Counted from the first letter of the stretch, positions 29,233-38,154 are shown. The stretch is 64,000 nt of DNA from Paludibacteraceae bacterium (GCA_051870955.1 JBJECJ010000025.1:126-64125), one strand, 5' to 3'. A program made the numbers and translations. The notes: a model not told the origin generated them from the letters alone.

Positions 29233-29487
29233 GACTGTTTTGGCAAGTGAGAGGGGGTGTACCAGTGTACCAGTCGTTTCCGAAGAAAGGGAGTAGGATA
29301 ATCGCGCCTCGGTTTTTGGGGGATGTCTCCTTCCGTACAAAGCCCATGTGTCTCGTGAGTGGAGGGGGAGGGGATAAAAAACCTTGCTCGGGCTATGCCC
29401 TCGCAGAGAAAAGGAGGATTTATTCGGAGGATAGGCTATATGTCCCGTTGGGGCTTGCTTTGGGGATTTTGAAGGCACATTAATTGC

Positions 29488-29558
29488 AAAAAAAAGAAGG
29501 ATTGTCATCACGACAACCCAATCTTTGCTTAACCTTAAATCTAATACCATGAAAAACA
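29488..29558 (-). ncRNA. candidate small RNA of about 70 nt
   Basis: An orphan -7 box TACTTTTG (29564-29571) precedes a hairpin GGGTTGTC/GACAATCC (29499-29519) and a T-run, with no credible CDS between them. Confidence 0.3.
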
Positions 29559-29596
29559 CGGTGCAAAAGTACTGCTTTTTTTTGATACCACCAAAT

Positions 29597-29641
29597 AAAA
29601 ATGCAGAAAAATATGTTTTTGAGCATATTTTTCTGCATTTT
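29597..29641. terminator. perfect 17-18-bp hairpin downstream of the EF-G paralog
   Basis: aaaatgcagaaaaatatg ... catatttttctgcatttt. Confidence 0.7.
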
Positions 29642-29688
29642 GTAAGATAAAGTTTGCAAAATATAGCAAACTTCTTTCCCTCTGCGCG

Positions 29689-31845
29689 TTAATCTTCGTC
29701 GGCGTGTGCCGCAGCGTATGCCTTCAAGAGTTGGTCTTGCACGTCAGCGGGTACGAGTTCGTAGGACTTGAACGCCATGGTGAAGGTAGCGCGTCCGCCG
29801 GTGAGCGACGAGAGCGTGGTGGAGTAGTTGGACAACTCCTTGAGGGGCACGAGGGCTTTGAGGCGCGTGAACTGCTTCTCGCTCTCCATGCCGAGCACCA
29901 TGCCGCGGCGACCGTTGATGTCGCTCATTACATCACCCATGATTTCCGTGGGCACGAGCACCTCTACATCGTAGATAGGCTCCAGCACCTTCGGGTTGGC
30001 GTTGCGGAACGCCTCGGCAAAGGCGTTGCGACCTGCCAAGCGGAAGGAGATTTCGTTGGAGTCAACGGGGTGCATCTTGCCATCGTAAACAATGACGCGG
30101 ACATCGCGTGCGTAGGAGCCCGTGAGCGGTCCTTGCTCCATGCGGTCCATCACACCTTTCAGAATAGCAGGGATGAAGCGCGCGTCGATGGCACCACCCA
30201 CGATGGAGTTGATGAGCACCAGTTTGCCGCCCCACTCGAGCGAAATCTCCTGCGTGTCTTTGACGGAAATCTTGTACTCTTGGTTGCCGAACTTGTAGGA
30301 TTCCTTCACGGGCATGCCTTCCTCGTAGGGCTCTACGATGAGGTGCACCTCGCCGAACTGCCCCGAGCCGCCGGACTGTTTCTTGTGGCGATAGTCGGCG
30401 CGAGCGGCTTTGGTGATGGTCTCGCGATACGGAATCTTCGGCTCGTCGAACTCCACCGACATCTTGTCGTTGTTCTCAAGACGCCATTTGAGGGTGCGGA
30501 GGTGGAACTCGCCCTGTCCCCAGACGATGGTCTGGCGGAGTTCTTTCGACTGCTCTACAATCCACGTGGGGTCTTCCTCGTGCATGCGAGTGAGCAGCGC
30601 GGCGAGTTTCTCGTTGTCCGCCTCGTTAGCGGGGCGGATAGCGCGGCGGTAGCGCGGCTGCGGATAGACGATAGGCGCGTATTGGTAGTCGCAGTCCTTG
30701 GCGTTGAGGGTGTTGCCCGTGCGGGTGTCTTTCAGTTTGACCGTAGCGGCGATGTCGCCTGCGTGCACCTCCTCCACGGGGGTACGCATGCTGCCTGCCA
30801 CCGTGAAGAGTTGGGAGATACGCTCCTTGCTGCCGCGCTCCATGTTCTGCAGGTCGTCGCCCGGGCGAACCACACCCTGCATCACGCGGAAGTAACTCAC
30901 CTCACCCACGTGCGGCTCCACGGAGGTCTTGAAGACATAGAGGCTGGTGGGCGCGTCGTCCACGGGGCGAACCGAAGTGCCGTCCACGGTCTTGTACTCG
31001 AACTGACGAGGCGCGGGTGCCATCACGTTGAGGAAGTCCATCAAACGGCGAATACCCATGTCTTTGGCTGCGCTGCAGCAGATGACGGGGTACATCGAGC
31101 CCTGTGCATAGACCGACTTCAAGCCCTGCATGATTTCCTCGTCGTTCAGTCCTTCTTCCAAGAACTTATCCAGCAAGGTCTCGTCTGCCTCAGCCGCCTG
31201 CTCTTGCAGGGCTTGGCGCATCTCCTCTACCTTGGCTTGCTCCCCTGCGGGAATCTCTTTCTCCTCGGGGGCACCGCCATCGGGTCCCCAAACGAGCATC
31301 TTGCCTTTCAGCACGTCGATAACGGCATTGAAGCCCGTGCCGGCATTGATAGGATATTGCATCACGGTGCAGCGGTTGCCGAACGTCTCGCGCAACTCGT
31401 GGAGCACCTTCTCGAAATCTGCATATTCATGGTCGCACTTGTTCACAACGAATGCCAGCGGTTTGTGAGCATTCTCCACAAGGCGGAAATTGTTTTGCGT
31501 ACCTACCGTAACGCCCTCGTTGGCGGACAACACCACCAACGCCGACCCCACCATTTGCAATGCGGCTACCGTACCGCCGCAGAAGTCATCACTACCTGCG
31601 CAATCGATGATATTCAGTTTCTTACCCATGAACTCCACGTTGCAGACGGTGGAGAACACCGAGTAGCCGTACTCTTTTTCTACGGGGAAATAGTCGCAGA
31701 CCGTCGATTGCGTCTCTATCGACCCGCGACGTTTAATCACACCCGACTCAAATAACATCGACTCCATCAGAGTCGTTTTTCCGGACCCGCTACCGCCCAA
31801 CATGGCGATATTCTTGATCTCGTTTGCTTGATACACTTTTGCCAT
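29689..31845 (-). CDS. elongation factor G paralog (EF-G2-like)
   Basis: 718 aa with five-domain EF-G length and layout. G1 is GGSGSGKTT, G3 is DCAGS rather than DTPGH, and G4 is NKCD. Confidence 0.85.
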   Translation of the reverse strand: MAKVYQANEIKNIAMLGGSGSGKTTLMESMLFESGVIKRRGSIETQSTVCDYFPVEKEYGYSVFSTVCNVEFMGKKLNIIDCAGSDDFCGGTVAALQMVGSALVVLSANEGVTVGTQNNFRLVENAHKPLAFVVNKCDHEYADFEKVLHELRETFGNRCTVMQYPINAGTGFNAVIDVLKGKMLVWGPDGGAPEEKEIPAGEQAKVEEMRQALQEQAAEADETLLDKFLEEGLNDEEIMQGLKSVYAQGSMYPVICCSAAKDMGIRRLMDFLNVMAPAPRQFEYKTVDGTSVRPVDDAPTSLYVFKTSVEPHVGEVSYFRVMQGVVRPGDDLQNMERGSKERISQLFTVAGSMRTPVEEVHAGDIAATVKLKDTRTGNTLNAKDCDYQYAPIVYPQPRYRRAIRPANEADNEKLAALLTRMHEEDPTWIVEQSKELRQTIVWGQGEFHLRTLKWRLENNDKMSVEFDEPKIPYRETITKAARADYRHKKQSGGSGQFGEVHLIVEPYEEGMPVKESYKFGNQEYKISVKDTQEISLEWGGKLVLINSIVGGAIDARFIPAILKGVMDRMEQGPLTGSYARDVRVIVYDGKMHPVDSNEISFRLAGRNAFAEAFRNANPKVLEPIYDVEVLVPTEIMGDVMSDINGRRGMVLGMESEKQFTRLKALVPLKELSNYSTTLSSLTGGRATFTMAFKSYELVPADVQDQLLKAYAAAHADED

Positions 31846-31944
31846 AGTTTTACATTGTGTTTATCACGTTGTGTTGGTCAGTCCCTGTTAATCAGTTCCT
31901 GTTTATCACGTTGTGGAGGTTAGTTTTTCGGTTAAAAACAGCCG

Positions 31945-31985
31945 CAAAGATACTATATTTTTTTTGTTTCCGCAAGAAAAAAGTG
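31945..31985 (-). promoter_or_regulatory. promoter for the EF-G paralog
   Basis: On the minus strand: A-run, TATAGTATCTTTGCGG. Implies a leader of about 95 nt. Confidence 0.5.
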
Positions 31986-32078
31986 CGTTTTATGTTGCAC
32001 AACATGTTTTTGAGCCGGAAATACGCAGATGTGCCGACGTTGACACGCCGGCACATCTGAATGGTTTTCTCGCCTTTC

Positions 32079-32606
32079 CTACTCTTGGTACCACGAAGCG
32101 TACATGGCGTAGTTGTGGGCGATTTTGCGGTTGATTTCGTTGGTCTGCTCGGGGTCGGCTTTCTTGATGAACTTCGCCGGCACTCCGCCCCACACCTCGT
32201 AGGCGCCGATTTTCGTGCCCTTGAGCACCAGTGCGCCTGCCGCCACGATGGCACCTTCGCCCACCTCCACATCGTCCAGCAGCGTGGAACCCATGCCGAT
32301 GAGGGCATAGTCGCGGATATGAGCACCGTGGATGGTTACGTTGTGCCCCACCGAGACGTAGTCGCCAATCTCGATGGTGGATTTTTGGTAGAGCGTGTGG
32401 AGGACAGAGCCGTCTTGGATATTGCAGTGGTTGCCGATAGTGATGGTGTTGACATCCCCGCGGAGCACAGCGTTGAACCAGAGGGTGGTGCCTTCGCCGA
32501 TGGAGACATCGCCCACCACGGTGGCATTCTCCATCATGATGACGCTGTCCGCAATACGAGGAGTAAGCACCTCCCCGTTGCGGTTGATAGTCTTGATAAG
32601 AGCCAT
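32079..32606 (-). CDS. gamma-carbonic-anhydrase-like left-handed beta-helix (hexapeptide repeat) protein
   Basis: About 175 aa with hexapeptide repeats and the ..GDVNTITIGNHCNIQDGSVLH.. pattern. Confidence 0.8.
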   Translation of the reverse strand: MALIKTINRNGEVLTPRIADSVIMMENATVVGDVSIGEGTTLWFNAVLRGDVNTITIGNHCNIQDGSVLHTLYQKSTIEIGDYVSVGHNVTIHGAHIRDYALIGMGSTLLDDVEVGEGAIVAAGALVLKGTKIGAYEVWGGVPAKFIKKADPEQTNEINRKIAHNYAMYASWYQE

Positions 32607-32728
32607 AGTCAAAATTAACAATTAACAATTAATAATTAACATGCATTGTTGCTAACAAAGTGAGAGCGCATTGTGTGCCAACTATTCAGAGCACGAGCAT
32701 GTTAATTGTTAATTGTTAATTAAGAAAC

Positions 32729-33478
32729 TTATCTTGCGTTGATGATAGCGAGGAACTTCTCTGCTACGAGGGCAGCGCCGCCGATGAGTCCGCCGTCCAC
32801 GTCGGGGTTCGCAAAGAGTTCTGCTGCGTTCTTCTCGTTGCAGGAGCCGCCGTAGAGGATAGTGGTGTCGTCTGCCACCTGTGCACCGTATTTCTCAGCC
32901 ACGAGCGAGCGGATATAGGCGTGAATCTCCTGTGCCTGTGCGGGGGTGGCGGTCAAGCCGGTGCCGATAGCCCAAACGGGTTCGTAAGCCAGCGTGATGT
33001 GGCTCCACTCCTCGGCGGTGAGGTTGAAGACCGAGCCTTCGAGTTGTGCTTTCACCACCTCGTTCTGCTTGCCTGCCTCGCGCTCCTCTTTCACCTCGCC
33101 GATGCAGAAGATAACCTCCAAGCCGTTTGCCAGCGCCAGTTGCACTTTCTCGCGGAGGATGGCATAGTCCTCGTGGTAGTACGCACGACGCTCGGAGTGC
33201 CCGAGGATGCAGTACTCTGCACCGGTGGACTTCACCATAGCGGCGCTGACCTCACCCGTGTAGGCACCTTTCTCTTTGTCGGCGCAGTTCTCCGCTGCCA
33301 CCTTGATGGGCGAGTCTTTGAGTAACTCTGCCACGGTAGCGAGGTGGATAAACGGAGTGCCGATAACAACAGCACATGCAGGGTTCTTCACTTGTTCTTT
33401 CAGTTCGGTAGCCAATGCTACACCTTCTTGCAGGGTCTTGTTCATCTTCCAGTTGCCTGCAACCATTTTTGTACGCAT
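32729..33478 (-). CDS. tpiA: triosephosphate isomerase
   Basis: [16 protein letters not shown] and [11 protein letters not shown] motifs. Confidence 0.93.
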   Translation of the reverse strand: MRTKMVAGNWKMNKTLQEGVALATELKEQVKNPACAVVIGTPFIHLATVAELLKDSPIKVAAENCADKEKGAYTGEVSAAMVKSTGAEYCILGHSERRAYYHEDYAILREKVQLALANGLEVIFCIGEVKEEREAGKQNEVVKAQLEGSVFNLTAEEWSHITLAYEPVWAIGTGLTATPAQAQEIHAYIRSLVAEKYGAQVADDTTILYGGSCNEKNAAELFANPDVDGGLIGGAALVAEKFLAIINAR

Positions 33479-33580
33479 AATTCTTATTTTAATTTGAAAA
33501 TTTGTAAATTTGAAAATTTGAAAATTATCGGAATGTTCAGAGTATTCTGATTATTCAGAGCCCTCAGAGCAAACACTCTC

Positions 33581-34711
33581 TTAATTCTTAATTCTTAATT
33601 CATAATTAGCAAGGTTGTATTTGTCCATCACCGTGCCGTTTTGCAGGACTACCACTCCCGGGTTGGCGCGGACGATGGTCTTGAGCGTTACGCCGTCGCA
33701 GGTGAGGACGCACTCTTCCGGCGATATATCGCTATCGACGAAGAACGCCTCGATGGTCTGCTCGTCGGAGCCCGTGAGGATATATAACAGCAGGTCGTTG
33801 GTGCGGCATTGCTCGTAGAGCGCCTGCACCTTGGGCAGTTGGGCGCGGTCGGTCTTGTCGAGGTCGTACATCACCACCAGCGTAACGGGCTCTTCGCTCT
33901 CCAAGATGTCAAAAGTGAGGTCTTCGAAGTCGCTGTTGAGCAACTCGAAGTCGTGGATAGCAGGCTCGTAGCCCTTCTGCACCAGCACGGATTTCTGGTT
34001 GACAAACGTCCAAGTGGAGTCGCCTTTGGGGTAGTTGTCAAGGGTGAACTCCTGCTGCACGCCGTCTTTCTCGTAGATGAACGTAACGGCGTACTCGTCG
34101 TGAGGCGCATCATCGGGCACCTCCATCAGCGCGGGGAGGTTATTGCCTACCTTATAGGGTCGGAAATCGATGAAAGGCAGGTGGGTGAGCGAGTAACCCA
34201 TCACGCCCGCCATGGCGGCTAAGGCGAGAATGAGAAGCGCCAGTTCTGCCCACCACGTGAAGGTTTGGCGGATATAACGCTTGGTCAGCAAGAGCGTTAT
34301 CACCAGCGCGAGGAGCACGATGTTCTTCCAGAAAGTCGCCCAGTTGCTCAGTTTGATGGCATCGCCAAAGCAGCCGCAATCGGTTACAGGGTTCTCCAAT
34401 GCGATATAGAGCGTGAGCGGGGTCATCACCAGCATGAACAGCAGCGCCAGCCACGAGGTGATGTTCGTGCGAACGTTGCAAAGCAGGCACACGCCTAACG
34501 CGAACTCAAAGGTAATCATCACGATGGCCGCCGTCATAGCCAGCGGCATCATATCCATGAACACACCGCCGAAGGCTTTCAAATAGTCTTCTATCTTGTA
34601 GGTCGTCCCCAGCGGGTCAATGGCTTTCACAAAGCCCGAGAAGATAAACGTGAGTCCGAGGAGTGTGCGGCAGATACTGCCGAGGATATGGAGGGGTTTA
34701 CTCTGTTTCAT
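33581..34711 (-). CDS. DoxX-like membrane protein with C-terminal thioredoxin-like domain (BT_3928-type)
   Basis: 376 aa with four or five N-terminal TM segments and a soluble C-terminal half. Conserved neighbourhood with a DUF1599 gene and tpiA. Confidence 0.6.
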   Translation of the reverse strand: MKQSKPLHILGSICRTLLGLTFIFSGFVKAIDPLGTTYKIEDYLKAFGGVFMDMMPLAMTAAIVMITFEFALGVCLLCNVRTNITSWLALLFMLVMTPLTLYIALENPVTDCGCFGDAIKLSNWATFWKNIVLLALVITLLLTKRYIRQTFTWWAELALLILALAAMAGVMGYSLTHLPFIDFRPYKVGNNLPALMEVPDDAPHDEYAVTFIYEKDGVQQEFTLDNYPKGDSTWTFVNQKSVLVQKGYEPAIHDFELLNSDFEDLTFDILESEEPVTLVVMYDLDKTDRAQLPKVQALYEQCRTNDLLLYILTGSDEQTIEAFFVDSDISPEECVLTCDGVTLKTIVRANPGVVVLQNGTVMDKYNLANYELRIKN

Positions 34712-35237
34712 GCTGCTTAATCAGATAGAAGATAGCGTAGTTAATCATATCGAAATAGTTGCCGTCGGCACCTTCGGAGCAGAGCGTCCGGTTGTCGTTG
34801 GCGGCAATCTGTTTGTTGCGGTTGATTTTGGTGAGGATGATGTCGGTGAGGCTGGATGGGAACATGTCGCGCCATGCCTCGCCGTAGTCATGGTTCTTGC
34901 GTATCATCAGGGCTTTAGCATCGCCTATGTACTTATCGTACAGCGAGATAGCCCGCTCACGGGTCATATCCACGGAGTCGGCATAGCCCTCGAAGAGTTG
35001 GATAAGTCCGATGACGGAGTAGTTGACAATCGCCATCATCTCACCTTCCACACTCTCGCCCACCATGTTCACACCCGTCTGCTCTATCTCGCGGACGCGC
35101 TTGGCTTTGATGAAGAGTTGGTCGTTCACCGTCTGCGGGCGCATAATCCGCCAACTCGGACCGTAGTCTTTCATCTTTAACTCGTATATATGGCGGCACT
35201 CCGCCACCACAGCATCGTATTCTTCTATCGTGCGCAT
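34698..35237 (-). CDS. DUF1599 domain protein
   Basis: 179 aa. The N-terminal ..LKMKDYGPSWRIMRP..L.DQLFIKAKR.. pattern is duplicated within the protein. Confidence 0.6.
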   Translation of the reverse strand: MRTIEEYDAVVAECRHIYELKMKDYGPSWRIMRPQTVNDQLFIKAKRVREIEQTGVNMVGESVEGEMMAIVNYSVIGLIQLFEGYADSVDMTRERAISLYDKYIGDAKALMIRKNHDYGEAWRDMFPSSLTDIILTKINRNKQIAANDNRTLCSEGADGNYFDMINYAIFYLIKQHETE

Positions 35238-35325
35238 TTTGAATTATAAGGGCGTTGCGGATTATAAATTATGCAATACAGAGCATGCGCGCTCATAATT
35301 CATAATTCATAATTCTTAATTAAAA

Positions 35326-35943
35326 TCATAGCATTTTTAGGGCGAGTTTGATTACTTTCTCCACGGGCAGCGTGGGGTCTTCACGGAGGATTTTATCCAC
35401 CACTTTTCCGCTGGCGGCGGCTTGGAACCCGAGCATGGTGAGTGCGCCGACGGCTTCTTCCTTCACCTCCATGGCGGGCGAAGACATATCGGGCAACTCC
35501 ATGTCGGCAACGGGCGTCGCGCCGTCCTCCAACTCCACTTTCAGCACTTTGTCTTTCAAGTCCACTATCACGCGCTGCGCCGTCTTCGGACCCAGTCCCT
35601 TCACCTGTGAGAGGGCTTTGGCATTGCCCGTGGCGATGATTTGCCGCACCTCTGAGGCGGAGAACGCCGAGAGAATCATGCGGGCGGTGTTCGCACCTAT
35701 GCCGCTGACCGTCATCAGCATGTCGAAGAGCGCACGCTCGCCTTTGGAGGGAAAGCCGAAGAGGTCGTGGGTGTCCTCGCGGATAATCTCGGTGGTGTAG
35801 AGTCGGCACTCCTGCTGCTCTTTCCCCACCAGCAGCGAATAGGCAGGCAGGGTGATGTTGATTGCATAACCCACGCCGGCGGCTTCTACCACCGCAAGCG
35901 TAGGCGTCAGTTCGGAAAGTATGCCTTTGATATAGTCTATCAT
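35326..35943 (-). CDS. ruvA: Holliday junction branch migration protein RuvA
   Basis: MIDYIKG..V..AGVGY N-terminus plus helix-hairpin-helix region. Confidence 0.9.
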   Translation of the reverse strand: MIDYIKGILSELTPTLAVVEAAGVGYAINITLPAYSLLVGKEQQECRLYTTEIIREDTHDLFGFPSKGERALFDMLMTVSGIGANTARMILSAFSASEVRQIIATGNAKALSQVKGLGPKTAQRVIVDLKDKVLKVELEDGATPVADMELPDMSSPAMEVKEEAVGALTMLGFQAAASGKVVDKILREDPTLPVEKVIKLALKML

Positions 35944-35962
35944 AGTTTGCCTTTTTGGGGCA

Positions 35963-35998
35963 CAAAATTACTGCTTTTTCGCGATATATGCAAGTATT
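35963..35998 (-). promoter_or_regulatory. promoter for ruvA
   Basis: On the minus strand: cttgcatatatc, A-run, GCAGTAATTTTGTG. Confidence 0.55.
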
Positions 35999-36017
35999 TC
36001 ACCAAAAAACCTGCTTT

Positions 36018-36051
36018 TTCTTGCACATATCAAAAAATAGTCGTACCTTTG
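36018..36051 (+). promoter_or_regulatory. promoter for the CNNM/CBS gene
   Basis: cTTGCacatatc, A-run, TAGTCGTACCTTTGCG. Confidence 0.55.
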
Positions 36052-36068
36052 CGCGATATTTCGATATT

Positions 36069-37148
36069 ATGGGCTTACTTTTATTATTCTTATTGTTGGC
36101 GATTGGGGTCTCTTTCCTTTGCTCGACGCTGGAGTCGGTACTGATGACCACCACGCTGAGTTACATCACCATGCGCGAAGATGAGGGCTACGCCCCCGCC
36201 ACGCTGATGAAGCAATACAAGACCGAGACCGAGAAACCCCTCGCTGCCATACTCTCCCTCAACACCATTGCGAACACCATAGGCTCTGCCGGCGTCGGGC
36301 GGCAGGCTACTATCTTGTTCGGCTCCGAGTGGTTCGGACTGGTGAGTATCATCGTTACCCTGCTTATCCTCGTTTTCGCCGAGATAGTGCCGAAGACCAT
36401 CGGCACCACCTACTGGAAGTCGCTCATGGGCTTCACCGCGAACACCATACGGCTGCTCATCTTCGTGATGTACCCCTTTGTCCTTCTTATTCAGTTAGTT
36501 ACGCGCCTCTTCAAACACGAAGACGAAGAGGCGACGGTCAGCCGCGAGGAGGTTATCGCCATGGTCAACGTGGGCGAGGAAGAGGGCGTGATAGAGAAAG
36601 ACGAGAACAAGATGATTACCAACATGATGCGGCTCGACTCTATCAAGGCGGCAGACGTGATGACGCCCCGCGTGGTAGCCAAGACCGCACCCGAGCAGAT
36701 GACCATCAAGGAGTACTACGACTCCGACGAGTACGACCATTTCTCGCGCATACCCGTCTATAACGAAAACGCGCCCGAGTACATCACCGGCTACATCCTG
36801 CGCGACGACGCCCTTGAAGACCTCGCGGAGGACAATTTCCAGGTAACGCTCGGCTCCATCAAGCGCTCCCTGCCCTCGTTCGACGAGAACATGTCGCTGA
36901 GCGACATCTTCGACGCCATGCTCAAGCAGAAATCGCAGATTGCGCTCATCATCGACGAGTACGGCTGCTTCCAGGGTATCCTCACCTTGGAGGACATCAT
37001 CGAGACCATCTTCGGACTCGAGATAGTGGACGAGAGCGACGAGTACGTGGACATGCAGCAGTACGCCCGCGAACGCTGGCAACAACGCCAGAAGAAGTAC
37101 ATGAAGATAATAAAGAGTCAAGAGCAAGGAGCCAAGAACCAAGACTGA
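36069..37148 (+). CDS. CNNM (DUF21) transmembrane domain plus CBS-pair protein (hemolysin-family)
   Basis: The N-terminal DUF21 TM region (..EIVPKT..) is followed by a CBS pair. The N-terminal ORF extension overlaps promoters. Confidence 0.8.
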   Translation: MGLLLLFLLLAIGVSFLCSTLESVLMTTTLSYITMREDEGYAPATLMKQYKTETEKPLAAILSLNTIANTIGSAGVGRQATILFGSEWFGLVSIIVTLLILVFAEIVPKTIGTTYWKSLMGFTANTIRLLIFVMYPFVLLIQLVTRLFKHEDEEATVSREEVIAMVNVGEEEGVIEKDENKMITNMMRLDSIKAADVMTPRVVAKTAPEQMTIKEYYDSDEYDHFSRIPVYNENAPEYITGYILRDDALEDLAEDNFQVTLGSIKRSLPSFDENMSLSDIFDAMLKQKSQIALIIDEYGCFQGILTLEDIIETIFGLEIVDESDEYVDMQQYARERWQQRQKKYMKIIKSQEQGAKNQD

Positions 37149-37211
37149 TTAGGCTTAGTATAGACGAAGGTAATAAGTCTTTCATCCTTTATCCTTCATC
37201 TTTTATCCATT

Positions 37212-37673
37212 ATGCGACTCAAAAGCGACGTAAATATAAAGAACAAACGGGCGAGTTTCGATTACCTGATTCTCGACCGCTACACCGCGGGCATCGTGCT
37301 CTACGGGACGGAAATCAAGTCCATCCGCGAGGGCAAGGCGAGTCTCGCCGACACCTACTGCCAGTTCGAAGGCAATGAACTGTGGGTCAAGCAGATGCAC
37401 ATCGCCGAGTACCGCTTCGGCAGTTATGCCAACCACGAGGCGAAGCGCGACCGCAAACTGCTGCTCCAACGCAAGGAGTTGCGCAAACTGGCGAAACTCG
37501 CCAAGGACACGGGCAAGACCATCATCCCCCTGCGCCTCTTCATCAACGAACGAGGACTTGCGAAGATGGAAATCGCACTCTGCCAAGGCAAGCACACCTA
37601 CGACAAGCGACAAGCCCTCCGAGAAGCAGACGACAAACGCGAAATCCAATCGCAACTCAGGCGAAAATACTAA
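37212..37673 (+). CDS. smpB: SsrA-binding protein
   Basis: 153 aa with the NKRASFDY...GTEIKS... pattern. Confidence 0.92.
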   Translation: MRLKSDVNIKNKRASFDYLILDRYTAGIVLYGTEIKSIREGKASLADTYCQFEGNELWVKQMHIAEYRFGSYANHEAKRDRKLLLQRKELRKLAKLAKDTGKTIIPLRLFINERGLAKMEIALCQGKHTYDKRQALREADDKREIQSQLRRKY

Positions 37674-37707
37674 GCAACCGCCGCACTACGGCAGCCGATA
37701 CATACCC

Positions 37708-37740
37708 GTCGGGACAGACCAACTGTCCCGACTTTTTTTT
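37708..37740 (+). terminator. intrinsic terminator after smpB
   Basis: gtcgggacag / ctgtcccgac stem followed by T8. Confidence 0.75.
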
Positions 37741-37794
37741 GCCCGCCAACCACCGCCATACCGAGAACGACCGTCCTGCCTGCGGCGAAACAAC

Positions 37795-38052
37795 AATTGT
37801 CCAAATTTCGCAAACCTATCCTCGCTCCACCCGCCGACCGACCACCCCGAATCTCCGCCTAAATCTCCCCGAGACCATTCCATATCATTGCCGTAACATT
37901 ACCGTAACATTACCGTAACATTATCGTAACATTATCGTAACATAAGACTGACCTTTTCGAGGGGAAAAAGAGGGCATATAGGGAGAAAAACGACACATTT
38001 CCCCACCCTTTTCGACCCTTCCAACGTTCCCGCAAAATTGTCCAAAACACGC
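37795..38052 (-). repeat. composite dispersed element, copy 2 (inverted and shorter)
   Basis: The reverse complement is collinear with 6264-6702. The terminal repeat at 37795-37811 is an exact reverse complement of 6264-6280. The ccgtaacatta 11-mer array lies at 37891-37945. Confidence 0.7.
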
Positions 38053-38122
38053 ATAACGACTCCTCTCCCCACCCCGCCCGAACGTTTTGTTAACACATTT
38101 TTTCGAAAAAAACAACAAAAAA

Positions 38123-38154
38123 TTTGCATATATAAAAAAAAAGCAGTACCTTTG
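38123..38154 (+). promoter_or_regulatory. promoter upstream of tRNA-Thr
   Basis: tTTGCatatat, A-run, GCAGTACCTTTGCA. Confidence 0.55.

Noticed and set aside
28909-29559. 216-aa minus-strand ORF in the 28.9-29.6 kb island
   Set aside because: It starts immediately downstream of the orphan promoter's -7 box (29564-29571) and reads straight through the 29499-29519 terminator hairpin and across the repeat arrays. Its composition is P/S/R-rich with no motifs. The region is better explained as non-coding, possibly a small RNA.
35955-36068. N-terminal 38-aa extension of the CNNM/CBS ORF
   Set aside because: The extension overlaps the ruvA promoter and the gene's own -7 box (36044-36051). The hydrophobic DUF21 N-terminus begins at the ATG at 36069.
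37375-37918. P/R/T-rich ORFs (173 and 178 aa) overlapping smpB and the downstream spacer
   Set aside because: They are out-of-frame overlaps with a well-supported smpB and run through the terminator and repeats. Composition is low-complexity.
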